This document shows, in pieces, positions 50,301 through 62,975 of a stretch of DNA of 64,000 nucleotides (its first letter is position 1; each line of letters starts with the position of its first letter). Below the pieces are notes generated by a model. That model did not search any database. It saw only the letters and a program-made list of their open reading frames with translations, and was not told the origin of the DNA. The stretch spans positions 13,394,001 through 13,458,000 of the forward strand of contig NC_087250.1 in assembly GCF_037042905.1 (NCBI RefSeq), written 5' to 3'. The position numbers and the translations under genes are program-made. Source of the stretch: Lytechinus pictus. Lineage: Eukaryota.

Positions 50301-50642
50301 ATGTGTGCATATTGTGAAGCCCAACCCGGCCAGCCGCGCCGGGTACGTATACGGGACACGGGACGGGTGCGGGGTACAATCGAGTGTGCTGATGTCGAGT
50401 GCAGTCACGATGTGTGAATTGTCATGATAGTAGCGAAGTGAGATCGTGTTTTATGGGGTTTTGTGGCCATTTAATATTCTCATTTTGTTGTGATTTTGGA
50501 GTAATTTCTGTTGCTATTCTGTGTATTTTGAGGGAAAATACGTTTTCCGTGATTTTCCGTTTGAAATGCCACTTTCCGTTTCAAAAGGCCCTTTCCGTGA
50601 ATTCCGTCCGTTTTCCGCGATCGCGGAAAATCACTGTCCCTA
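47337..50642. mobile_element. 3.3-kb non-autonomous hAT-like DNA transposon carrying a 110-bp tandem array, in JMJD6 intron 1
   Basis: 19-bp TIR tagggacagtgattttccg / cggaaaatcactgtcccta; subterminal ttccg repeats at both ends; flanks TAGAGT / TACAGT. Confidence 0.75.
47981..49690. repeat. 110-bp tandem repeat, ~15.5 units
   Basis: ctatcacca recurs exactly every 110 bp from 48001 to 49651 (16 occurrences). Confidence 0.97.
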
Positions 50643-51223
50643 TACAGTAAAGGACATTGTTTTCTGTGAGAAAAAAATTGGTTGATACATTGAAAAGGGG
50701 CCTTGGTGGGCACAGTGACATCACACAAACTGTCAAATAAATGGGTTTAAAAAAAAATCATCATGGTTACAAATATATAGCACGACCATTTTATGATATG
50801 TCTTTCATCTTTTTCATTCAGAAAAGCGCTTAAAATCTGTAGTATTGAGCCTATTCTTGTGAGTCCCTTTATGTTGAAAAGCAACAAATTTCAAGTAACA
50901 TTGTTTTCAAAATTAATAAAAGGTCATGTGTTTTATATAGGTGGTAAAACTGGTATCGTTACATTTGTGCAACAAGCACAGAAATGATTATAAATGGTAT
51001 AAAACTTTAAATACATTTAAGTGTCACATCTATAGGCAAATCCTGCGTTTTGCGTGCTGTTGCCAAGCAAAAGACAATGAAATCAAGATGGCAACGTAAA
51101 CGCGGTGGCAATTTTTTCCCATCTTTTCATAACATTTTTTCTCGTTTTTTTAATGAATTCTTGTTTAAAAATTAAATCAATATCGTAGAAACATCGGGAA
51201 TGAAGTTGTATCCCATGTACATT

Positions 51224-52125
51224 TAATAATACTTTGTTATCTTTTATCCGATGCGGTCATACTCCGCCCCCTCAAAAAGTTTTGGCTCATTATACGGAAC
51301 TGGGCCCTATACTGTGTGTAGAGAAAAGAAGTGTAACATCTTATGAAAGACTGGTGAACATTTGTAAAATTCCGAGATATTTTGTAGAATTCCAGGAATT
51401 TTCGGAGTAAATTCCAGGAGACCTATACCGTCCTGGGGGGGGGGCAGTCAAATATATTGCTGTACACATGCATGATCCCCCCCAAAAAAAAAACGTGTTT
51501 AAAGGGATGGGTTTTTTTTCAGTTTTGGACGCGGGCAGCGTGTGCCCTCGTAAGGGTATCAAAAACAACGATTTTTTTTAAAAAGGGAGCGTTTGAAAGA
51601 ATGGTCAATCGCGGGGTCAAACGTATAGGATATGCTTTTTTCCAAAGCATTTTTTTTTTAAGACTAGCCAAACGTGTTTAGGGTAATTCCCCAATTTTTT
51701 TTCCCTGGGGCTTTTTCCTCCTCGTTTCTGAAAAGAGGTCGGGTTCTTTCCGATGGGGGGGGGGCATACAAGCTTATTGTTAGCAAGTAGACAAAACTTG
51801 TTATGGCTGGCGACAACTTGATTAAGGGCCAAAATGTGTAAATGAAGCCCGCGAAAAAATTGTTTATGGCCGGGGTTATTTTGCACACAGAGAAAAACTC
51901 GTTGAGGGGGCGTTTGGAAATAATTTGGTCATGCAATGTATGTACAACAATACTTCTGAACCCCCGGGCTACCAGTACGGTACCATATGTTTCGACCTTT
52001 TTCGGTTGGAGAAAACTGGGTTCCCCTGCATCCCGCCCCCCCCCCCATTCCGGGGTCGGAATGACCGCATGCGTGTTCCAAAATTGTCTGGTAAAGGGCT
52101 TTTTCGCGGGACAAGTCCGGCCCGC
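51224..52125 (+). repeat. ~0.9-kb local duplicate of 58180-59127
   Basis: Colinear similarity from ttaataatactttgttatcttttatccgatgcggtc to cgcgggacaagtccggcccgc. Confidence 0.85.
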
Positions 52126-52390
52126 AAATTTTTCCCATCTTTTCATAACATTTTTCTTGTTTTTTGAATGAATTCTTGTTGGGGAATGAAGTTGTATCCC
52201 ATGTACATGATTTAGGGCTAGATTTCTTTGAATATCTCGGGGGCGAAAGTTTCAAGTTTTTGGCGGTGTGTGTAGATGTATAGGAAGCAATTCCAGGCTA
52301 CGTTGAGAGTACGCATACGTTAGTAAATGATTTTTACTCTAGTCTAGGACCTCCTGAGTCCTGGCTACCCGAACTTCCCTAAAGGCTAAA

Positions 52391-52832
52391 CAGTAGAGGC
52401 GCACGGCCAATATTTGGAGACTGTCTCCAATGTGGGAGATTATCTCCAATATCAGAGACTTTTGTAAAGAATTTGGGTATCCAATTTCAGAGTCTCCAGT
52501 TTTGGAGTCCAATTTCCTTTGTTTACATTTGCTGCAAAAGGATTAACTTGGCGGCAAATAAAAATGTGATAAGCAGATTCCTCATGAAAAATTACCCCTT
52601 TTCACCGTCTACTTTAAAAATTCACTGTCTACTTTTGTTTTGATAAGGATTTTTGTTGTCAATCACACACAAAACAAATGGGCTTCTGACCTCAGTGAGA
52701 CAAAATTTTGGGTGAAAAAAATCATGCTTTTGATGGTGTTGTTTCTTTTGTCCTTTTGCAAAGCAAGTCTCCAATGTGGGAGATTGTCTCCCCTATTGGA
52801 GAGTCTCCCATATTGGCCGTGCGCCACTACTG
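52391..52832. mobile_element. CAGT-ended MITE with 5-bp TSD
   Basis: CTAAA|cagtagaggcgcacggccaatat ... atattggccgtgcgccactactg|CTAAA. Confidence 0.78.
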
Positions 52833-53428
52833 CTAAACTAAAGTAATGACAAATCCCACGATTCGAGTCGGATGAAATTATTTTTCACTGAACCACTGTA
52901 AATACATACATGCATATGTTTTATTTTAATGTATGATGGTGGGCCCCAAGTCTGCGCACCTAACAATTTGAGTTAAGATTTAACATGAATTTCTTCTTAT
53001 TTCACAAAATCTTTTGGTTAATAGTGTTCCTTATATTATTAAGAGTAAGTGTACCAAATTTCTCATTAAAAAATGAAAGAAAATATAAGATTTTCTTGAA
53101 AAACCTTTGGGCAGTCATTTTCAGATTGAAAAAAAAATGGTACCCCATGTCTGCGCACTCATTCACTTTGCACACTATTCGGGGATTTTGATGACAAAGG
53201 CTGCATTTTGAGGCCGTCGCATGAAATGCCCTGAATTCATTATTTTTCCACCATTTTGAGTCAGATTTTTTATGAATACCTGTCTATGTAATGCATGTGT
53301 AAAGTTCGTGCTCGTTGCGTATCTTCTTTTACTAGAATCGCGCAGATACGCGGGTGCGCAGACTTGGGAGACCGCGCAGACATGGGGGAACTGACCATAC
53401 TACTACTAAACATAAGTGTTATTGTTAA

Positions 53429-54031
53429 AGGACAAGTCCACCCCAACAAAAAGCTGATTTGAATAGAAAGAGAAAAATCAAACAAGCATAACACTGAAAA
53501 TTTCATCAAAATCGGATGTAAAATAAGAAAGTTATGACACTTTAAAGTTTCGCTTAATTTCACAAAACAGTTATATGCACACCCTGTTCGGTATGCAAAT
53601 GAGAGAACCGATGACATCACCCACTCACTATTTCTTTTGTATTTTATTATATGAAATATGAAATATTTTGATTTTCTCGTCACTGTCATGTCAAACAAAG
53701 TTTAATTCCTCCCTGAACACATGGAATTCCATTATTTTAACATTTTGTGGTTCAAGCAAGGGGGTCCTAATTGTCAAATTCGTAAAAATTGAAATATTGT
53801 ATAATTCAAACAATAAAAAACAAAAGAAATAGTGAGTGAGTGACATCATCGACTCTCTCATTTGGATGTAACTGGCTCGTTCGTATAACTATTTTGTTAA
53901 AAATAAGCGAAACTTTAAAATGTCATAACTTTATTATTTTACATCCGATTTTGATGAAGTTTTCAGCGTTATTCATGTTTGATTTTTCTCTTTCTATTCA
54001 AATCAGCTTTTTGTTGGGGTGGACTTGTCCT
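53429..54031. mobile_element. Kolobok-like non-autonomous element, well-preserved copy
   Basis: TTAA|aggacaagtccaccccaacaaaaagctgatttgaatag ... ctattcaaatcagctttttgttggggtggacttgtcct|TTAA; long near-perfect TIRs. Confidence 0.85.
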
Positions 54032-54545
54032 TTAACAACTTCATGGCATGCAACTGTAACTAAAGTTTAGTAACTGCCAAGGAGTAAAAAGCAGTCAACT
54101 CGACAAGACGTCAAAAATATTCAGTGCAATTTGTTCAAAATTGGAATCTAGCATGTCTAGACTAGTCTAGTCTCTAGACTAGACTCTAGAGAGTAGAGTA
54201 GAGAGACTATTATACTATTAGTATTAGTCAGTTAGTATTATTACGTTAGACCTAGTTTTTATTGTTTCATGTTTGTAAACAAAGTGCAAAGCTAGCATGC
54301 AAATGGAAGAATATCTCAAATACTAAAGACCAAAACAAATCCTCGAGACGGATCGATGTCTTTCTTGCACTACTGCCTGGTACTTGGACTCTTGGAGTTG
54401 GATGCCGCTTCCGCTGCAGCTGCATGCGCCGCCAGCAAGGCGGCAGGCTGGCGCAGGCCAGTCGGGCGCGGTCTGCGCATGATTGGTGCCTGGCAGCACG
54501 GCACTGACTGTAAAAAAAGATATTTCAATAAAATTATATATTTAC

Positions 54546-54600
54546 CAGGTCTAGCTGCCTTTTTGGCTTCCCAAACAGTTCTGCGTGTTCTCTTATCCAT
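54546..54600 (-). CDS. JMJD6: JMJD6 exon 1 (start codon)
   Basis: ATG at 54600; MDKRTRRTVWEAKKAARP versus human MNHKSKKRIREAKRSARP. The G|gtaaat donor in phase 1 joins exon 2 to give RPE. Confidence 0.9.
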
Positions 54601-55255
54601 CTCCCGAATAAGTAAAATATGGAGTCTAGGTACGTTCAGTCTCAAATCGAAATTTTTACGTCTATTTTGAGCAAAATTTTCAAGGCGAGCTCGCAAGCAG
54701 AAAGATCAAAGAAAAAGATGAATTACGAGGGGTGCCTTTGCTATGTTTCACAGAACTAGATGAGCCGATAATGGGATAGGACTCGAAGTAAAAATTTGAA
54801 CAAAATCAATGAAATAGGACCAGTTAGTGAAAGTGATGTAAATAATCATATAATAAAATTATCCTTAGCATCAAAACTTCATGATTTTTCATGGTATTTC
54901 TTGTCTTTCACCAGTAACATCATATGTAAAAATGGTATATTTCGAAAATAGTGTAAGCACCCTGTATGCTTCCCGCACGTAAGCAACGCAGTTGGCGCTC
55001 TTTCAATTAAGAAAACGGCGCGACATTGCATTAGACGAAACCCATCACAGCTACCATGCTATAGAGAGCATTCCTTTTGGTCCATGGGCCGTGATCGACC
55101 CAGTGCTTCCACTTAAAGCTAGGAAATTTCCCGAGTTTCGGGAAATCCAGATTATTTTCAGGCAATTTTCGGGAAGTGAAAAAATTACAGGAAATTCAGG
55201 GAAATCAAATAAATACATTTAAACTACAAACATATATAGCAACTTTCAATATTAA

Positions 55256-57369
55256 AGGGATTGCCCGGGCTGAAAATATTTAGATCTAGTAAATAAATAG
55301 AGTAAAATTAATTCAGAAAGCAAAATGCTGAAGATTTCATCCAAATCGGATAACAAATGACGATCAAGTTATTGAATTATAAAGTTTGTCAATATTTTGT
55401 GAAAACAGTATATGCACATCGTCATGAATATTCATTAGGTGGGCTCAGGGGACGGGGGGGCCGGGGTGCAAGAGTAAAAAATTTCCCGGTCATATCATGG
55501 TATGAACAAACGTAATGAAGAGACGATTTTGAGAGGGCCAGATATTGCGTATCGGGCAGAATTTATCTTTAAAAAAAGTTGCGAGCGAGCGAAGCGAGGG
55601 AGTAAAATTTTTGACATTTTCAATACAAAAATCCAAATTTTTCATTCTTCTCTCTTTCCATTCCTTTTTTGTGGTCTGTACCCCACTGTGAACAGGATTC
55701 TTTGCGGCAGTATAGCGTGAAGAGTACAAAAAACGAGGGGCACAGTATGGCGCATGTGCTAAAAAGCTGCTTATAATATATAAGTCCCGAGCGAGCGAAG
55801 CGAGCGAGAACAAGAATCACCTTTTCATGAGAATCTAACTTTGAGATTTTTTTTTACATTAATGAATAAAATCATATCCTTCACTTTTGCTTTTCTTTTC
55901 TTTCCTCCTTTTTTTTTTGCTCTTGGTTGTAGAACTTTTGGGGCCATGGCCCAACCCTTCGATACTCATATACGGCAGTGCAGTGCGGTTGGGGTCTTGC
56001 ATGATATCAAAGCCATTTAAAGTATATACAGAATATAGCTTTTACACAACACATTAATCAACCCAGTTGCGTAATGAATTGAATATTTTGAGGGGGTAAA
56101 CAATGTGGGAAAATTTGTAAAAAGTCGCCAGCGAGCAAAGCGGGCTGCAAAAAGTGCCTATTGAAATTAAATTCTAATTATGTGATAGATTTTTCCATTA
56201 TATTCAGCAAATAACACATTTCATCGTTTCCATTAATTTCATCATACGTTGTCTCCTATATTATTTCCTCTTGGGTGTGGAACCAAGACCCCCCGCGCCT
56301 ATATGCCAGTGATTGAACGTAAAGCTTAATGTAGGAAGGGTCCTTACATGCAGGGGCCGGGGGCGTTATAGAGCCATTTGAATGTTATAAATGAAGAGCC
56401 CCTACTGCGTGGGGTCTGGGGCATAGCCCCGGTAGCTTATTTGCATAAAATGTATCAAGCTTATATAGCACAATGTTGTATATATACTGTCCATCTTTCT
56501 TCCCTCTCGTTACTGTCAATCCGGCAGGCGGGTCGTGTTATTAAGGTTTTTGTTTTCTTGTCCCATTTCATTGTTTTCCAATTTAACTTTTGACTAATTC
56601 TATTTTACATTCTTTTCCCGTCATATTTTGATTGATTTCACATCACGCTATTGCATTACATAGGCCTATTTCGGAATGATTTGTTCTTTCTCAAATGTTC
56701 TTCTTTCGTTCCTTTTCCCGCTTAATTCCTTCCTTTTTCATTAAAAAAAAAAAAATCGTTTTCTTTTCACTTTTCCCTTTCCCTTTCCTTTTCCCCTTTC
56801 CTTCCCCTTTCCCTTTCTATCCCTCCTTTTCTCTTTTTCCCGTTTTTATTATTTTCCCGGTGAAATCGGCCAGGGGGCAGCTTGCCCCCCAACCCCCCCC
56901 CCCGCCTGTTACGCCAGTGCTGGGTGGGCTGATGATGTCACACCCCCACCTTCATTTTTCTTAATAATTATGTTATTACATGAAATTATAAATGTTTTAT
57001 TTTTCATACATGTGTAAATGATTCATCACCATTATGATGAAATAAGTTGAAATAAATAACTAATACACATAACTAATGCACTCAATCGGTTGTCAATCCA
57101 ATTGTTTTAATTATTGGTAGAAACATTTTGAATAAACCTAATTTCATATAATAAAATACAAAAGAACGAGTGAAGATAGGACATCATCAGCCCACTTACT
57201 AAATATTCATAAAGATACGCCTAGAATTGTTTTACAGGAATAATGCAATTTTTTAAAGTTCAATAACTTCATTATTTGTTATCCAATTTTGATCAAATTT
57301 TCAGCATTTTGCTTTATGAATTTTACTATATTTATCGAGATATAAATATCTCCAGCCTGGACCATCCCT
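55256..57369. mobile_element. Kolobok-like element interrupted by a ~1.5-kb insert (55446-56922, 8-bp TSD GGTGGGCT); abuts a related element starting at 57374
   Basis: TTAA|agggattgcccgggctg ... cagcctggaccatccct|TTAA|aggtatgctccaggctg. Confidence 0.6.
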
Positions 57370-60300
57370 TTAAAGGTATGCTCCAGGCTGAAGATATTTA
57401 TATTCCACTAAAAAGAGCAAAATTCAAAAAGCAAAATGGTGAAAATTCGATCAAAAGCGGATAACGAATAGCAAAGATATTGCATTTTTAAATATTTGCA
57501 TTATTCCGGTGAAATTTTATTTTTTTGATATAGCATTTATTCCATTCATCATAAAAACAAAAACAAGGCACATACAAGTTAACATAGGCCCCCTAAATTA
57601 CAAGGGAAAATTGCAAATAATACAACGATAAAATCTGGGAAATAGTTGAATAAAAAAATAATGTACATAGTCACAGGGGCCGCGGAGCGGTTTTTAAAGT
57701 GGGGGGGGGGGGGACTGACCATGCAAAAAATCACAATCATATGGTCATTTTTTCGTTTTTTGTACACGGTTTTGGAAAAAAGTGGGGGCTAGCTGTTTCA
57801 GGCCCTCCCCCCCCCCCCCCCCCCGCTTCCGCGGCCCCTGAGTCAAGTGCATGAATATATTCATTATAGGTGAGCCGATAATGCCATATCACCACTTGTA
57901 CTTTTGTATTTTATTATATGAAATTAGCTCAATTCAAAAATTTTCTACCAAGAACTAAAACAACTGGACTGACAACTGATTAAGTGCATTATTCGATATT
58001 CATTGCTGCAACAAAGTATTTCATCATAATGGAGGCACATCATTTACACATGTATGATTTCATGTAATTAACATAAGAAAAAGGAAAGCAGGGATGTGAT
58101 CCATAACATACCACCTTATGAATATTCATCACGACTTGCATTTAACTGTTTTCACAAAATATTAATAAACTTTAACATTTAATAATACTTTGTTATCTTT
58201 TATCCGATGCGGTCATACTCCGCCCCCTCAAAAAGTTTTGGCTCATTATACGGAACTGGGCCCTATATAGAAAAGAAGTGTAACATGTATTAAAGACTGT
58301 GAACATTTGTAAAATTCCGAGATATTTTGTAGAATTCCAGGAATTTTCGGAGTAAATTAGGAGACCTATACCGTCCGGGGGGGGGGGGCAGTCAAATATA
58401 TTGCTTTACACATGCCCCCCCCCCCCCAAAAAAAAAAAAAAAAAAAAAAAAAAAACGCGTTAAAAGGGGTGTTTTTCTTCAGTTTTGGACTCGGGCAGCG
58501 TGTGCATGCCCTCGTTAGGGTATCAAAAACACCGATTTTTTTTTTTTTAAAGGGTGCGTTTGAAAGAATGGTCAATGGTCAATCGCGGGGTCAAACGTAT
58601 AGGGTATGCTTTTTTCCAAAGCATTTTTTTTTAAGACTAGCCAAACGTGTTTAGGGTAATTCCCTAATTTTTTCCCCGGGGCTTTTTCCTCCTCGTTTCT
58701 GAAAAGTGGTCGGGTTCTTCCCGATGGGGGGTGGGGGGGGGGGGACATAAACAAGCTTATTGTTAGCAAGTAGACAAAACTTGTTAAGGGGTTATGGCTC
58801 GTGACAACTTGATTAAGGGCCAAAATGTGTAAATGATGCCCGCGAAAAAGTTGTTTATGGCCGGGGTAATTTTGCACACAGGGAAAAACTCGTTGAGGGG
58901 GCGCCGTTTGGAAATAGTTTGGTCACGCATGTGTACAATAATACTTCTGACCCCCCCCCCCCCGGGCTACCAATACCATGTTTTGACCTATTTCGGTTGG
59001 AGAAAACTGGGTTCCCCTGCACCCCGCCCCCCCCCCCCCCCCACTCCGGGGTCGGAAGGACCGCATGCATGCGTGTTCCAAAATTGTCCGTAATAGAGGG
59101 GTTTTCGCGGGACAAGTCCGGCCCGCGAATTGTAAAAAAAAGGGGGTGTTTTTTTTCACTCTGTCTCTCGATCATCTCTTTGGACTCCTGAGATATTTAA
59201 AAATCTTTCCTAATATAGCTACAATTAAGCAGCCATATTGGATTGATGAGGACAAACAATAAAAACTCGTGCATTAGACTATGAACATTCATTGTTTTTA
59301 TGGTTTTGCTATTGTTTTGCATGTCCTCCAACATGACATCATGCAGGGAACCTCTATTGTAATGACAGCTTATACCTGAGATGAAGGGGGGGGGGGTGTC
59401 TGTCCTAGCTTAGATAGAGGGTTTGAATGAGAACTCACCTGAGATATATTAGGGTACATGTACGTGTTCCGGATTTAGGGGGTACGTCTCTCAAGCAGGA
59501 AAAGCCCGTGAAATAAAGGCCGGGGTTCAGAAATTTTGGCAGACAGAGACACGGGGTGCTTTCAAAGCTGGGGCTGCGGCCGGAACGGTTTTCAAAATGG
59601 GGGGGGGGGCTGAGCCAAAAGTGTGTGTGTGGAGTGACCATAATGCAAACAATCACAATCCTATGGTCATTTTCACGTTTTTCACAGTTTTGGAAAAAGT
59701 GGGTGCCGAAGCCCCCCCCCCCCCCCCCCCCGCTTCCGCGGCCCCTGCAAAGGGAGTGAACGATCATAGGCGTATACCCTAAATAACAGGGGGGGGATCC
59801 AGATTTCGCCAAAAGGGGGGGGGCTAAAAATATTTTCATCAACATTTTTCTCGATTGGCCGCTATAATCTGATTTTTTTTTTTGGTTTTTCAGGGGTTAT
59901 TCCTAACTAAAGACTGAAGTTTTAGTTTTTATTGTTATAAACAAGATAAGGTATCTCACGTGGTCTTAATATAATATGCGAGTGCGAAGTGTGAGCTCAA
60001 ATTCTTTGATATTTTATGTCTTCAGACCTGAGGATTGTGAGCAGTTTTTATAATCATCATAACAAAGATATGTGTCCAACTAAACAATGCGAGCGCGAAG
60101 CGCGAGCCGAAATTTTAATATAGTAACGTAAAAAGAGAATTAGGACTGTTTTAGTGATTATAATGAAGAGGATCACCGATTAAATAATGAAAGTGTGAAG
60201 CGCGAGCTAACATTTTTTGATATTCCGACCTGAAAACTGAGTCTAAGCGCGTTTTTATTTAAATAAAGAACAAACTGTGTGTCTCAAACAATTATGCGGT

Positions 60301-62975
60301 TGGGGTCTTGCATGATATCAAAGGCATTTAAACCTCGCAGATTGCAGCTTTTTGATCAAATCGCGGGTATATACAGAATATAGCTTTTACACAACAAATT
60401 TATTCAACCCAGTTGCGTAATGAACCAAATATTTTGAGGGGGCAAACAATGTGGGAAAATTTGTAACGAGTCGCCAGCGAGTAAAGCGAGCTGCAAAAAA
60501 GTGCCTATAAAAATATTAAAATTAAATTATAATTATGTGTTAGATTTTTCCATTATATTCAGCAAATAACACATTTCATTGTTTCCATTAATTTCATCAT
60601 ACGTTGTCTCCTATAATTATTATTTCCTCTTGGGTGTGGAACCAAGACCCCCCGCGCCTATATACCAGTGATTGACGTAAATCTTAATGTAGGAAGGGTC
60701 CTTACAGGAGCCGGGGGCGTTATAGAGCCATTTGAATGTTATAAATGAAGAGCCCCTACTGCGTGGGGTCTGGGGCAAAGCCCCGGTAGCGTATTTGCAT
60801 AAAATTTATCAAGCTTATATAGCACAATGTTGTCCCATTTCATTGTTTTCCAATTTAGCTTTTGACTAATTCTATTCTTCATTCTTTTCCCGTCATATTT
60901 TGATTGATTTCACATCACGCTATTGCATTACATAGGCCTATTTCGGAATAATTTGTTCTTTCTCAAATGTTCTTCTTTCGTTCATTTTCCCGCTTAATTC
61001 CTTCCTTTTTCATATAAAAAAAAAATTTCTTTTTTCTTTTCCCTTTCCTTTTCCTTTTCCCCTTTCCTTCCCCTTTCTCCCTCCCTTATCTCTTTTTCCA
61101 TTTTTTTTTATTTTCCCGGTGAAATCGGCCAGGGGGCAGTTTGCCCCCCTACCCCCCCCCCCCGCCTGTTACGCCACTGGGTGGGCTGATGATGTCACAC
61201 CCCCACTTTCATTTTTCTTAATAATTATGTTATTACATGAAATTATAAATGCTTTATTTTTCATACATGCGTAAATGATTTATAATAATAATAATAATAA
61301 TAATAATAGCCAATTTTTATAAAGCGCTTTTCCCAGAATGGCCCAAAGCGCGTTACAGCATATTTATCACCATTATGATGAAATAAGTGGCAATAAATAA
61401 CCAATGCACTTCATCAGTTGTCAATGCAATTGTTTTAATTATTGGTAGAAACATTTTGAATAAACCTAATTTCATATAATAAAATACAAAAGAACGAGTG
61501 GAGATATGACATCATCAGCCCACCCAATGAATATTCATAAAGATATATACGCCTAGAACTGTTTTACAGGAATAATGCAATTTTTTAAAGTTCAATAACT
61601 TCATTATTTGTTATCCAATTTTAATCAAATTTTCAGCATTTTGCTTTATGAATTTTACTATATTTATTGAGATATAAATATCTCCAACCTGGACCATCCC
61701 TTTAAAGGTATGCTCCAGGCTGAAGATATTTATATTTCACTAAAAGGAGCAAAATTAAAAAAAGCAAAATGGTGAAAATTCGATCAAAAGCGGATAACAA
61801 ATAACAAATATTTGCATTATTCCGGTGAAATAGTTTTTTGTTTTTTTTTTATATAGTATTTATTCCATTCATCATAAAAACAAAAACCAAGGCACATAGG
61901 CCCCCTAAATTACATGGGAAAATTGCAAATAATACAACGATAAAATCTGGGAAACAGTTGAATAAAAAAATAATGTATACATAGTCACAGGGGCCGCGGA
62001 GCGGTTTTCAAAGTGGGGGGGGGCTGACCATGCAAAAAATCACAATCATATGGTCATTTGTCCGGTAAAGGGTTTTTTCGCGGGACAAGTCCGGCCCGCG
62101 AATTGTAAAAAAAAAGGGGGGGTGTACTAGTTGACTTTCACCCGGAAATTTCTTTTAAAAAGGGGTGTTTTTTTTTTCTCTCTGTCTCTCAATCATCTCT
62201 TTGGACTCCTGAGATATTTAAAAATCTTTCCTAGTATATATAGCTAAAATTAAGCAGCCATATTGGATTGAGGACAAACAATAAAAACTCGTACATTAGA
62301 CTATGAAAATTCATTGTTTTTATGGTTTTGCTATTGTTTTGCATGTCCTCCAACATGACATCATGCAGGGAACCTCTATTGTAATGACAGCTTACCGTGA
62401 GATGAAGGGGGGGGGGGTGTCTGTCCTAGCTGAGATAGAGGGTTTGAATGAGAGCTCACCTGAAATATATTGGGGTACGTGTTCCGGATTTAGGGGGTAC
62501 GTACGTCTCTCAGGCAGGAAAAGCCCGCGAAATTAAGGCCGGGGTTAAGAAATTTTGGCAGAAATGAGACACGGGGTGCTTTCAAAGCTGCATGGGGCCG
62601 CGGCCGGAACGGTTTTCAAAAGTGTGTGTGGGGGGTGACCATAATGCAAACAATCACAATCCTATGGTCATTTTCACGTTTTTCACAGTTTTGGAAAATA
62701 GTGGGGGCCGAAGCCCCCCCCCCCCACTTCCGCGGCCCCTGCAAAGGGAGTGAACGATCATAGACGTACCCTAAATAACAGGGGGGGCAGGGGCGGATCC
62801 AGATTTCGCCAAAAGGGGGGGGGGCGAAAAATATTTTCATCAACATTTTTCTCGATTGGCCGCTATAATCTGATTTTTTTTTGGTTTTTCAGGGGTTATT
62901 CCTAACTAAAGACTGAAGTTTTAGTTTTTATTGTTATAAACAAGATAAGGTATCTCACGTGGTCTTAATATAATA
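55984..62975 (+). repeat. ~4.3-kb tandem duplication (copy 1 55984-60294; copy 2 60295-62975, with internal deletion and LINE interruption)
   Basis: tgcggttggggtcttgcatgatatcaaag at 55984 and 60295; colinear to 57750/62059, then 59086-59975 versus 62060-62975. Confidence 0.85.
57674..57840. mobile_element. CAGGG-ended MITE with 5-bp TSD
   Basis: AGTCA|caggggccgcgga ... tccgcggcccctg|AGTCA. Confidence 0.75.

Noticed and set aside
54370..54696. 108-aa minus-strand ORF as a standalone gene
   Set aside because: Only 54546-54600 matches JMJD6; the rest is 5' UTR and intron read-through.
51341..59262. Clusters of 60-160-aa ORFs at 51341-52255 and 58366-59262
   Set aside because: They lie in duplicated repeat DNA, and the two copies differ by frameshifting homopolymer indels, so no frame is conserved.
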